A stretch of 64,000 nucleotides of DNA, taken from the NCBI RefSeq assembly GCF_963506605.1, contig NC_083280.1, positions 84,878,001 to 84,942,000 of the forward strand, written 5' to 3'. Position 1 is the first letter of the stretch. Each line of letters starts with the position of its first letter. A model generated the notes under the pieces. That model saw only the letters and a list, made by a program, of their open reading frames with translations, was not told where the DNA came from and did not search any database. Below are positions 26,335-38,235 of the stretch, in pieces. A program made the translations under genes and the position numbers. Origin of the DNA: Zootoca vivipara. Lineage: Eukaryota.

Positions 26335-26817
26335 GTAGGGATTCAACATGCGTCACAAATGTTCATATTATGTTGTGCTGTGTTGGCAGTTTGGCACTTC
26401 ACTGCCATTTCTTTCTGGAGAGCTGGAGATTAGGGGAAGATTTTCAGCTCTCTCATTGCTTTTGGATTTACTTGATGGCCGCCTTGTGGTGATCACTGAG
26501 CACCTTTGGCCCTTTGCCTCTTCCCCGACCTTCTCTTTGTTTTCGGGCAGATATCCTTTGCTTCTTAAATTCTCTGCCTACCTCCTGCTTCCATTTCTCT
26601 ACTCATATGTATGCTCATCTGGTTCACATTTCCTTATTATTTGTACATAGCCATAATGTATTGAAGGTTTCAAGTGTCTCCAATGCCTGTGTGTCATTAC
26701 CTGCCCCTCCTCCCACACTTGAGATCCTGATCACCTTGACGTCACTTTGCCATGACACATTGGAAACCACCCATGTTTAAATCTTCTGTCCTATGTCACT
26801 GGTGTGTGTTTTTTTCT

Positions 26818-27195
26818 GGACATGGGTGGCACTGTGGTCTAAACCACTGAGCCTCCTGGGCTTGCCGATCAGAAGGTCGGCAGTTCGAATCCCCGCGATG
26901 GGGTGAGCTCTCATTGCTCTGCCCCAGCTCCTGCCAACCTAGCAGGTGGAAAGCATGCCAGTGCAAGTAGATTAATAGGTATCGCTGTGGCAGGAAGGCA
27001 AATGGCATTTCTGTGTGCTCTGGTTTTCATCATGGTGTCCTGTTGCGCCAGAAGTGGTTTAATCCTGCTGGCCACATGACCTGGAAAGCTGTCTGTGGAC
27101 AAACGCTGGCTCCCTCGGCCTATAGAACGAGATGAGCGCGCAGCCCCAGAGTCATCCATGACTGGACTTAACCGTCCAGGGGTCCTTTACTGTTT
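26818..27195 (+). mobile_element. Sauria SINE, full length
   Basis: tRNA-like head gggtggcactgtggtctaaacc...gttcgaatcc through ggggtcctttac tail; absent from copy 1 intron 2. Confidence 0.9.
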
Positions 27196-27402
27196 ACTGC
27201 AAAAGAGCTGTGAGGTTTTATCACTGCTTGAGAAAAAACAATATAAGAACCCTTGTTGCCAAAAACAACTAGATTCACTGTTCTTTCGATCTTGTCCTAA
27301 GTACATTTTAAAACTGCAGTTTATCCCAGCACTGAAAATTCATCAGAACCCAACAAAGAAAACTGTTAAACATACGCACACACAAATACCTGTACATACA
27401 CA

Positions 27403-28620
27403 CAGTGCTTTTTTCTGGGGAGACGCACACATACCCCTAAACATTTTGTGAATCTCACAGGAGAAGAAACTAAAAAAATTTAAAATTTTGGTTGCTTCTC
27501 TAGCATGGTGAATCGTCAGTTCTGCTGCTACCCCCGATGGCGGCTTAATTTCCTTTCCCTGTGTTTCCTGAGTCTCAGGCAGGAGCGAGCATTTACATAA
27601 TGTGTGAAGCAGTGTGGAATGTGGATGTGTGGTGTTTTACTGATGAAAGTTTGGCCTCATTGAGGGGCAGTACTTCAACATGAGTAATGCATGTTCTTTG
27701 TACTTTTGTCCATTTACTGTATTTATTTTTCCCAATCTATATATATAGAGAGAGAAATGTAAAAAGGGCATGTGGGTATGTCTCCACTTTTCACCAAAAC
27801 CGCTTGACCTATTGAGGTGAAATTTTGACACAACATCCCATGTGAATCTGAAGGATCTTATAAAGTTTGCTAAGACAGATGTTACACCTCCGTCAGATAA
27901 AACCCTCAAAAACCCCTGTTTACTGAACTCACAAATCACCCTCAAGTGCATGCTGGGAGCACAGGAGATGTTGCAAAACAGCACCCTCTAGTGACGGCTA
28001 CACTGGTACTGCAGCTAGGAAAACTCCCCTCAGAAGCTGCATCTCCGAGGGCAGGGCCAAATCATGATGACCCCTAGACATGCTATAACCGCCAAAACGC
28101 GAATACCCCTCAAAGGCAGACCGCAGGAGACAGCCCGAACCCCACCGCCGCTGCACCCACCCGAGCCAAACCACCCCCATTTCAACTCACCCCTTGTTTC
28201 CGCTGGCACTACAACAACCCCGCAAGGCAGTCGAGGCCCAACGGCGGCGGCCGCCGCCCCAAGCCAGACCTCACACACCCAATACCTGACATACAGGCTG
28301 GGGAGTGGGGAGTCACAGGGATGAGCTGAGGGTGGGGGAGGGGGTACAGGGAGGGGACTGGGACCAGTCACAGGGATGTGATGGGGAGGGGGGGACGATG
28401 CCTCATGGGTCGGGACAGGGTGGGGACAGTCACAGCGATGAACTGGGGGTGAGAGGAGGAGGGGCAGAATAGGTCATGGGTCAGGACAGAGTGGGGGGAG
28501 TCACAGGAATGAGCCACAGCAATGTGTGGTCGGGCCAGCTAGTTTGAACTATAAAATGGTGATTTTTCTTGAGTCAAAATGAGAGTACCCCCAAACATTT
28601 TTAAAGAAAAAGATCACCAC
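27403..28620. mobile_element. hAT-like element with a nested GC-rich insert
   Basis: CAGTGCTTTTTTCTGGGG...catacccctaaacatttt start and gagagtacccccaaacatttt...aaaaaga end; short relative at 24630-24766. Confidence 0.55.
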
Positions 28621-28922
28621 ACACACGCATATATACTGAAAATCTGAACAATTATTAATTTCTGCCAAACATTGATTTTAGCTAAACTGTGAAGTAAGCC
28701 CAAGAAGATTTCCATTAACTTGACACAAACGATGTACTGTAGGGCCCCACATTTAGGCACGAATGAAGATAATATCAGAATTGACTAAATTTATCCAGTA
28801 TTACTGTAACTGCAGAAAGTTAAATGTACCTGTTTCAGAAATAGTTGAATTCTGTCTTCTCTCTAGTTTAAAAATGCCATCTTTTAAGATGATAAAAAAA
28901 ATGTGGTCTACTTCATTTTCAG

Positions 28923-29110
28923 GCAAAATCTTAGTGCACTGCGCAGTGGGGATAAGCCGGTCGTCTTCGCTGGTGCTGGCGTATCTCATAATTTACCATT
29001 GCTTCTCTTTGGTTAAAGCCATTCAGGCAGTGAAAGAACGTCGGTGGATTTTCCCCAACCAAGGGTTTCTGAAGCAACTGAGAAATTTGGACCTTCAGCT
29101 CAGCAAATAA
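28923..29110 (+). CDS. DUSP13A-like copy 2, exon 3; full protein 188 aa
   Basis: ttttcag|GC; [24 protein letters not shown]...[23 protein letters not shown]; ATTAAA at 29196. Confidence 0.92.
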
Positions 29111-29530
29111 AGCATAAGCAAGCATACAAAGAAACAAACCCCCGATGATTAGGAACGCAAGTTATTTCCAAGCCTCCCTGTCCTGGAATGTTTTTATTAA
29201 AACATGTTCATTGTAGTATTTTTTCTAATAGTAGCCATGCTCTCAGAAAAATGGCTATTTCGAGGGGTGTTAGCAGGGTCTGCCCATGAGGCAAGGCGAG
29301 CCCCCACCACCCACCAAAAGCAACCTCTACAGCGACCTCTTGGCAAACCAATAAACCCCTCTTCTCCATCAGGAAGGACTTTCTTACAAATAAGCAGTTC
29401 AATAGTGGGGAAGATTGTCTGGGAAAGAAGTGGACTTCCCTTCTTTAGAGGTTTTTAAGCAGAGGCTGGATTGCCACTTATCAGGAATGCTGCAGCGATG
29501 GGTTTCCTACATTAGCATGGGATTGAACTA

Positions 29531-30184
29531 CAGTGGTACCTTGGTTCCCAAACGCCTTGGTACTCAAACGCCTTGGTTCTCAAATGGCGAAAATCTGGAA
29601 GCAAGAGTTTTGGTTTTCGAACGTTTTTCGGAAGCCAAACGTCCGATGCAGCTGTCAGCTATTGTTTCTGTTGCACCTGCACCAATCAGAAGCTGCACCA
29701 TGGTTTTTGAAGATTTCGGAAGTCAAGCAGGCTTTTGTTTTTGCTATTTATTTTGTGCTTTTGTTTTTGAGGCTTTTTCTGTTAATTTGTTTTTGTGACT
29801 GTGTGGAACCCAGTTCAGCTACTGATTGTTTGATTGCGTGACTGCGGAAATGGATAAAAGCCCCCCCCCCCCCGCAATCCAAACAATGATTATCATCAGT
29901 GCAGGTAAGGGAAAAAATGTAATTTTAATTTTTATCATCTACAATACTGTCTTATCTATTTTATAGTACAGTACATTGATGATTGCTTTCATTTTATGTA
30001 TGGATCAATGGTCTCGCTAGGTAGTGAAATTAATGTTAAACTGCTGTTCTAGGAGTTGATTTTAAAAGTCTAGAACGGATTAATCCCTTTTGCATTACTT
30101 TCTATGGGAAAGTGCGCCTTGGTTTTGGAACGCTTTGAACGGACTTCTGGAACGGAGTAAGTTTGAGAACCAAGGTACCCAGTG
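29531..30184. mobile_element. Tigger/Tc1-mariner-like non-autonomous element inserted in a CR1 3' end
   Basis: TA|CAGTGGTACCTTGGTT...AACCAAGGTACCCAGTG|TA; splits gaacTA/gatgac of a CR1-like tail (29430-30220); related copy at ~62070-62574. Confidence 0.8.
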
Positions 30185-30503
30185 TAGATGACTTTCCAGG
30201 ACCCTTCAAACTCTATGATTCAACTATCTTCCATAACGATCTTCAGAGGAGTACATAATAATAAAATTCAACTCAAAACAAGTATTTTTCCCTTTTGGAG
30301 GAAAAATAGGATGCTGATCTCCACTCGTGCTTATTGCATTTTGTGCTGTCGTGTCAGCAAAGGCTGTTCCCACGTTAGGCATGGGAATGGGCAGGGGACG
30401 AAAAGGGGACAATGTCTCTCAAGAGGCGCACCTGCTTCTCCCTGTCAAATGTCGAAAGGTAACTGGAGCTCATTGGGGCTCTGCAACGACTGTGTATCAT
30501 CGC

Positions 30504-30670
30504 ATGGCAGCGGACGACCCATTTCCAAAGACGACCGCCTCCTTTTGCAAAATGATCAGCCGCAGATCCGCCGCACCCTCCGTCAAAGAGTTGGAGCATG
30601 TGATGGACAGCTGCAGGGTGGAATTAAATGAGATAGATGAAGTGTGGCCCAATCTTTATATAGGCAACAT
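30504..30670 (+). CDS. Third DUSP13-family paralog (gene C), exon 1; possible in-frame upstream start at 30381
   Basis: MAADDPFPKTTASFCKMISRRSAAPSVKELEHVMDSCRVELNEIDEVWPNLYIGN; donor AT|gtaagt (phase 2). The start codon choice is uncertain. Confidence 0.85.
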
Positions 30671-33000
30671 GTAAGTGTGACCCAGAATGAAGCTGTGGCT
30701 TGAGCGTGGGGTAAAAGGAAGGTACGGCAGTGTAATGTTATAACCAATGAATTCACATTGCTAATGGAGGACAGATCTGTGCACGCTGAAGTTAAAGTCT
30801 GAAAAGAGTTTCCATTGTTTTTCTCTGTTGCTCAACATGCATGGGAATTCCTTGACAACCTTCATAACAGAAAGCACATTACAAAAACCTGTGTATTACT
30901 GCGGCAGGAATGAATGATCAGCACAGATGGTCCTATCCCAGCGATTTTATTATGTGCTAAAATTAAAAATCTAAATTCTAGTGAAGGAACCCACCCTCTG
31001 CATTTGGGCTGCCCAGTATGTCCTGTGTTAGATACAGATTTTTTAAAATTAAAAATAAGAATTTACAGTTGGATGAGAACAAGTTGTGATATGCAGACAG
31101 GTGGAGAAAGATGCAAGGAATGTAGACAAGGTAGCCTAGCAGAGTACAGCAATTCCAGTGGCTACTGAAACCTTATATTGGTGAATTTAAAATGCACGTC
31201 TTCAAGAAACATGAGCGGTGATGGACTTTCTAAATTGAAGGTTGAGTTTCTCAGGAACCCTAGCTGTGGGCCTGGTTACAGATTGTTTGTCTGAATATTC
31301 TATTGATTAGTTATGTGTTTATGCATCAAGAATTCGCTGCTCTCTTCATATGCAATTTACAAATACAACTCATGTTGTTTTATCCTGCTCTGTATTTTGA
31401 AAGTATAATCCTCTTGAGTGATTATCTGCATTTTATATTGGCAAAGATACGGTGGATTAATTATACAGTTAGCATGCACTTCTCAACCTTTGATGCATAA
31501 AAAAAAATCAGATCTGAACCTGAGGTAGGAAATAGCATAATGTGCTCAACTGATCCCAACCTTTGCTCTTGAAAGGGATACGCAACCACTAGACTGAGCC
31601 TCTGTTTTCAAGGAAAGATGCTAGAGAGTTAAATGGTTTAGATATCTGCAAGAAGTCACATGGCTGAAGGCAGAGGTTCTGATAAGCAAACACTATCCAG
31701 TCCCATCATGGCAACTGGCACATTCTAAATTCTAAATTCTGGTGCAGATAGATTTCTCACTAATATTTCAGTGCAGCAGTCTGTCCAAGAGAGTCGATCT
31801 GAAGTGGGGTAACTAAAGCCATCCGCAAAATAAAAAAATAAAATAAAAATAAAATAAAATTCCGTGTTCTTGCAAATTTGATACACTCCATCATGTGACT
31901 GTAAGTTCTCCAAGTTACATTATCCCCTACCAAATTGTCTGGGTTGAGCAATCCTATACTCGCCGTTATCACAGAAATGCCACTGCTGCATGCCCGTCTC
32001 TTCTGACGCCCACTCAACCCAGGATGGGAAGCCAGGATGAGTCACCAATCAGGGCCAGAGGCATCCACATGGTGAGCCAAAATACAAGGAGCAAATGACT
32101 TTGGGATGATCAGAGCACTCCCCCAACAGCCCCATCCAGCATTGCAAAATGCTAAACGATACTACCCAGCGCCCACTCCATCAGCTAGCATAGTACTCGA
32201 CAGGACACAGAGCTGGGAAGCTGGTGACAATATTTCAAGCTCTAACAGCGGAAGGGAGAACTGTTATGGCCCCAAAAGGTGGAGCGCCTGGGACTCAAAC
32301 CTCTGCTGCAGACGCCACAGAGGAGCTCCCTTGTCACTCAACCACAGCAATAACCACATGTGGTCATGGCGCATTAGTTCCCTATGCCCCAGTCCCATAG
32401 AATCGCAGAACGTTGGAAGTTGGAAGCCACCCCGAGGGTCATCTAGTCCAACCCCCGGCAATGCAGGAATCCTGCCACATCATTTGGCTCCATTGTCGGT
32501 CACTTCCTGTTACTAGCTGTTAACAGCATATTTTGTATGAAGCTGTGCTATTTAAGATGTCAATGCAGCGCTTTCTATTGGTCAAAACGTCTAATAAGTG
32601 AGCAGCAATAATTCATTAGGACCACATGTTCCAAGCTTGCTAAATAAATCATCCAGGTTCCTCCGATATTTGCCGCCTCAGCCTCTTATCGGAAAGAAGA
32701 GTTATACCTTGTCACCGAACCTTTCCCTTTGCATGCTCCTAGACAATTTAATTCATCTGACCATTTAAAAGCTAGTGTTGAACTAATCCAGTGTTAATAG
32801 AATTAAGTAGATCTGACCACACTGAAGTCTACCCTAGGGAATAGAAAATATTACTTAAAAAAAAACTTTTTTTAAAAAAAATAGTTTCCAGCAAAAAGGT
32901 ACCGAGCTAGACTCCATTAGTTTAGCAACTAAAGGAACTCAGACTTGGTAGAGATCTGGAGGAATTGTTCCACCTTAGGAAGTTTATACTATTTTTGCTA

Positions 33001-33872
33001 TTGTTGTTGTTGTTTAGTCGTTTAGTCGTGTCCGACTCTTCGTGACCCCATGGACCATAGCACGCCAGGCACTCCTGTCTTGCACTGCCTCCCGCAGTTT
33101 GGTCAAACTCATGTTGGTAGCTTCGAGAACACTGTCCAACCATCTCATCCTCTGTCGTCCCCTTCTCCTTGTGCCCTCCATCTTTCCCAACATCAGGGTC
33201 TTTTCCAGGAAGTCTTTTCTTCTCATGAGGTGGCCAAAGTAATGGAGCCTCAGCTTCAGGATCTGTCCTTCCAATGAGCACTCAATGATTTCCTTCAGAA
33301 TGGATAGGTTTGATCTTTTTGCAGTCCATGGGAATCTCAAGAGTCTCCTCCAGCACCATAATTCAAAAGCATCAATTCTTCGGCGATCAGCCTTCTTTAT
33401 GGTCCAGCTCTCACTTCCATACATCACTACTGGGAAAACCATAGCTTTAACTATACGGACCTTTGTCGGCAAGGTGATGTCTCTGCTTTTTAAGATGCTG
33501 TCTAGGTTTGTCATTGCTTTTCTCCCAAGAAGCAGGCGTCTTTTAATTTCGTGACTGCTGTCACCATCTGCAGTGATCATGGAACCCAAGAAAGTAAAAT
33601 CTCTCACTGCCTCCATTTATTCCCCTTCTATTTGCCAGGAGGTTATGGGACCAGTGGCCATGATCTTGGGTTTTTTGATGTTGAGCTTCAGACCATATTT
33701 TGCGCTCTCCTCTTTCACCCTCATTAAAAGGTTTTTTAATTCCTCCTCGCTTTCTGCCATCAAGGTTGTGTCATCTGCATATCTGAGGTTGTTGATATTT
33801 CTTCCGGCAATCTTAATTCCAGTTTGGGATTCATCTAGTCCAGCCTTTCGCATGATGAATTCTGCATATAAA
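33001..33872 (-). mobile_element. Bov-B (RTE) LINE 3' fragment, inactivated
   Basis: RT motif NNLRYADDTTLMAESEEELK and SRDITLPTKVRIVKAMVFPVVMYGSESWTIKKA; (CAA)n tail; in-frame TAA at 33617-33619. Confidence 0.95.
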
Positions 33873-35273
33873 TTAATGCTATACTCATTTATAATCAGGT
33901 GCTGCTAGTTGCAGAAGAATCACACCTATTCTCTTTGGATCTCGTATTCATATGTATTTTTCATCTGCTACTACCTGTATCTTTCCTTGGCCTTTTGTCA
34001 TTGTTAAGGATTTTTCTTGCTGCATTTTTTTTGCTGTTTATCTTAATCTAATTTGTGTATGGGCTCACCCACACTTCTGTTTGCCCCAGTGCTTCCCTGT
34101 GGTTTACAACTGAATTGGACCAAACACTGAATTGGACCTATTTTCCAGGGACAGCCCCGGATTTACAGAATCTGTCCCAGTTTCTGATTTGATCCTGGAA
34201 TGTCCTGCATTTCCTTAGGATGTCCCTATTTTCATCAGAGAAATGTTGGAGGGTATGTAAACAGCTATTGTGTTTTCCGTGAATTGCCGTTCGTTCCAAT
34301 TCAGCGGTAAAAAGTGTGCTTTCCGGGGGAAATCAGCAGAACAATTTCAAAACTGCTCGACCCACGTCTAGAAAGGATCGGACAAGGGGGAAACTGCTAT
34401 CTACTTAGAGACCAACCGTTTCATGCATCTGAAAAAATAACCTCAAACTACAAATGCTCCTGTCACAATAAATCTTATTAGGCTTTAAGATGCCGCAGGA
34501 CTCTCATAAATTGCAACAAAACTGCCCCACTGGAATACGTCAGTATTAATTTATGAAATGTAGATTTCTGATTCGGTGATTCATACTACTCTAGGCAGAT
34601 CTGCCTTACTGGAATTTGATCTTAGCCTACACTCTATTTAAACTTTCCCTGACATTATCAATAGGACGGAAAGAGATGCTGAAAGCAGCAACCCTTTCGG
34701 ATCAGCGGAAATCATTTTGAAATAAGTATCAGATGAGATCCTGCCAGGGGAAGCTTACGCAATCCACAGGATTGTCGTAACATCAGGACCATACCCTATC
34801 CATATGTTCAAGGAGCCACGAATGAAAGGAAGCTTCCCCGTTATGGAAATAAAACTACAAATCCAAGGAGCGATTCTGTTAGTGCAGCCTGTCTTCATTC
34901 TGGAGACGTAGACCTAGTATAAAATTGGCACATTTCACATGCAACATCTGTTTCAAAAGGAAGGATGGTGACTTTCTGTGTGTGTGTGTGTGTGCCCTTC
35001 CCGTCCAGATGAAATTATGACTACATCTATATGAAAACATTATCCACAGCCCTCGGCTCAGAAAGCCCTTCATCTGTGCCAAGTGCAGCTCGGCAGCAGT
35101 TCACGGCAGGACACAGAGAATGCCTTGCGTTAATGATGACACATGGCGATATTTGTGCCCTTCGAATGTGATTCTCCCTACTGGAGGAGGTTTATCCAGA
35201 TAATCGGTTCAAAGTGTGCCCTCTATTGCATCAGCCTTTACAGGAAAATCCTGCAAATCTTGATTGTGTGGCA

Positions 35274-35570
35274 ATGTCCCTCCCCCCCCCAGGAAATAAG
35301 ACGCAAGACACAGAGAATTGAATTTAAGTGGGTGAAAAGGCCACAACTTTATTGGTTTCGGATGTTGAGCGGTATTGGCTTAGGCATTGGAACCTAACCG
35401 GCTATATCCGGCTGTAACCCGTGTGTTACAGTCTGGGAGAAATTAACCACCAGAAAGGAGACACCCGGGGACGGAAAGGCTGAGTTCCCACCTCCGGCTT
35501 GTTTAAAAGAATGGAAGCCCCGCCTCTCGACTGACCCTATTGGTCAGCCCGGGTATGACGGAGGCAGGAA
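35274..35570. mobile_element. LTR-like repeat fragment
   Basis: Shares aggccacaactttat...ggtattggcttaggcattggaa with 50130-50190; family assignment uncertain. Confidence 0.45.
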
Positions 35571-35909
35571 ATCTTTTTTAAAGAAGCACTTTAAAAAAAA
35601 TGTTGGTTTGGGGCAAGGAATTCATGTTTCAGAGGCGTATCTAAATAGCAATTTTCTAAACAGATACCTGAAAGTAGGCAGGGATGATTCCTACCAAGCC
35701 TCTACTGGCAGGCAGTTCCACAGGACAGGTCCTGCCACAGGAAAGTCTTGGCCCACCAAACCTCAGGAAAAATGAAGTTGCAGCTTTGGGTCTGGGATCT
35801 GTGGCAATAATGATAATGATATTTCTCTAGGAATTTGAAGTGGGATTAGCAGTTGTGTTGCCTGCTGAAAGGAATGCATATGCACTCACTATGCTCTTCT
35901 TACATATTT

Positions 35910-35949
<40 letters not shown>

Positions 35950-36032
35950 TAAATAAATAAATCTCCAACGCTTTTTCATAAAACGGAAACTAAGCCCTGT
36001 GTCACTGTTTGCACCATGATAAGATAAGCATA

Positions 36033-36096
36033 CCTGGCGTGCTATGGTCCATGGGGTCACGAAGAGTCGGACACGACTAAACGACTAAACAACAAC
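36033..36096 (+). mobile_element. 64-bp Bov-B 3' terminus
   Basis: ggtccatggggtcacgaagagtcggacacgactaaacgactaaacaacaac with perfect 12-bp TSD AAGATAAGCATA. Confidence 0.9.
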
Positions 36097-36122
36097 AAGA
36101 TAAGCATAACGGATAGAGTGTG

Positions 36123-36125
<3 letters not shown>

Positions 36126-36174
<49 letters not shown>

Positions 36175-36520
36175 AATTTCTGTTTTACATTTTAGAATAT
36201 TCACTTAAACAACCTTAAAATATCAATGACTTCCCTTCCTCTCTTTCCGAGCTTCATTTTGCACAACACAAATCCTTGCATATTTTACATAAACTACCGT
36301 AAACCATTCAGTATTCCATTATGACATCCATCAAAACTTATTTACACTGTTGAATTTATCATAATGCTGGCAGAGTTTTCAAATAGACACAATTCCCCCC
36401 ATATATTCAATAAACATTTCCCAATCTTCTCTAAACATATGTTCTTCTTGTTCTCTTATTCCATATGTTAGATCCGCAAGCTGCGCATATTCCATCAGTG
36501 TAAGTTGTCATTCTTCTTGT
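36126..36520 (-). mobile_element. L1-like 3' end with (TA)n tail
   Basis: Same family as 22371-22770 (atatcaatgacttcccttc...acactgttgaatttatc). Confidence 0.75.
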
Positions 36521-36710
36521 GATGGTTAGAGTGTTGGACCTGGGAGATCAGGGTTCAAATCCCCACTCAGCCATGTAGACCACTGGGTGACCTTGGGGCA
36601 GTCACCATCTCTTAGCTTAACCTACCTCACAGGGTTGTTGTGAGGGTGAATCGGGGAGGAGGAGAACCCTGTAAGTCACCTTGAGATGCTTGGAAGATAA
36701 AGGTTGGTAT

Positions 36711-36991
36711 AAAGGTAAAGGGACCCCTGACCGTTAGGTCCAGTCGCAGATGACTCTGGGGTTGTGGCGCTCATCTCGCTTTACTGGCCGAGGGAGCCGG
36801 CGTACAGCTTCCGGGTCATGTGGCCAGCATGACTAAGCTGCTTCTGGCGAACCAGAGCAGCGCACGGAAACGCCGTTTACCTTCAGGGACCGAGCAACGG
36901 GAGCTCACCCCGTTGCGGGGATTCGAACTGCCAACTTTCTGATCGGCAAGCCCTAGGCTCTGTGGTTTAGACCACAGCGCCACCCGCGTCC
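36711..36991 (-). mobile_element. Sauria SINE with internal deletion, nested in an older tRNA-SINE (36521-37020)
   Basis: aaaggtaaagggacccctgaccgttaggtccagtc...accacagcgccacccgcgtcc. Confidence 0.88.
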
Positions 36992-37076
36992 AAAGGTGGT
37001 ATATGAATGTAATAAATAAATAAGGACATAGGATTCATTTGTTAACCTCCCCACTTTCATATCTGTTTCCTGGCAG

Positions 37077-37294
37077 CACAGCGGCACACAACAAGGAAGA
37101 GCTAAGGAAACGGGGTATTACTCACATATTGAATGCAGCACATGCTGCCTGGGGAAGCAAAGGTAGCCAAGCGTTCTATGGAACAGAGTTCCATTACTAC
37201 GGAATAGCAGCAGAAGACTCCCCAGACTTTGACCTCGGCGTACATTTCCGCCCTGCCTCCGAATTCATCACCAAAGCCCTAAGTGTACCAAACG
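37077..37294 (+). CDS. Gene C exon 2
   Basis: tggcag|C...G|gtgagt, 218 nt; [72 protein letters not shown]. Confidence 0.9.
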
Positions 37295-37300
37295 GTGAGT

Positions 37301-37716
37301 GCCTCGGGATGGAGCAATGGAGAAGTTTCTGAAACAACAAGGGGCTATTAGCTCCGCCTAAGGCATGATGGAGAACAGCAACAACAGGGAAAAGATAGAC
37401 AGAACATTTTACAAGGACAGGAAGAAACACCACGGACAGAATAATTGCCACACACAGGAAGAACAAGGATATAGTTTGAGTGTCTCACTTGTAGTTTTAT
37501 GAATCATCAAATGTGTCAACACGAATAGAAGTTATTAATATTGCAGTTGTTGTAGAAGGGATTATTATTTTGACCGGAATGGAATTGAAATTTAATACAC
37601 CTAAATTATATAATTTGGTATTTGAATGATTGGTATTTGTAATTGTATTATAATTTGGCATTGTTATAATGAGGCTATTATTGGACTGTAATAGAAAACA
37701 AATAAAAAATTATAAT
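37301..37716 (+). mobile_element. LINE 3' fragment inserted at the gene C exon 2 donor
   Basis: 12-bp TSD CAAA(C/T)GGTGAGT at 37289-37300 and 37717-37728; A-rich 3' end. Confidence 0.75.
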
Positions 37717-38023
37717 CAAATGGTGAGTAGCTGCCCTGATGGAACCGCTACACTGACGTTTTAGGTATTAGCAGCATCGTAGCATGGGTTGCTAGTGTCC
37801 AGGGCAGACAAGCAACCATTTTGAGGTAGGTCACACTGAAAGACAAAGTGAATGACTGGCCCTAGGTCACCCAGTGAGCTTAAGAGCCACTTAACTCTTT
37901 GGATTGCTTTAATACAAATCAGGAACCCCCAAAATCCCCTACTGCAACTCCCTCTGGTAGCCTGAAAGAGCTCAAAGGAATTCCCATTTGCTCTATTCTT
38001 AAATCATTTCATCTCCGTTCCAG

Positions 38024-38235
38024 GAAAGATCTTGGTCCACTGCATTCTAGGCAGAAGCAGATCAGCAGCCCTGGTTCTGGCTTACCTCATGATCTGTCAG
38101 AACTTCTCTCTGGCTGACGCCGTCGGAAAGGTCCTGCAGAATCGAGCCATCTCCCCGAACCGAGGGTTCCTGAAACAGCTGCAAGACTTAGATCTGGAGC
38201 TACGGTACAAGATCAGGCTGTGTCAGCTTCTGTAA
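38024..38235 (+). CDS. Gene C exon 3 (HCILGRSR active site, C-terminal CQLL CaaX box); full protein 198 aa
   Basis: ttccag|GA; [70 protein letters not shown]; ATTAAA at 38309. Confidence 0.92.

Noticed and set aside
22220-29210. DUSP13A copy 2 as an assembly artefact or pseudogene
   Set aside because: About 11% protein divergence, copy-specific TE insertions with TSDs, and an intact frame, splice sites and catalytic motifs.
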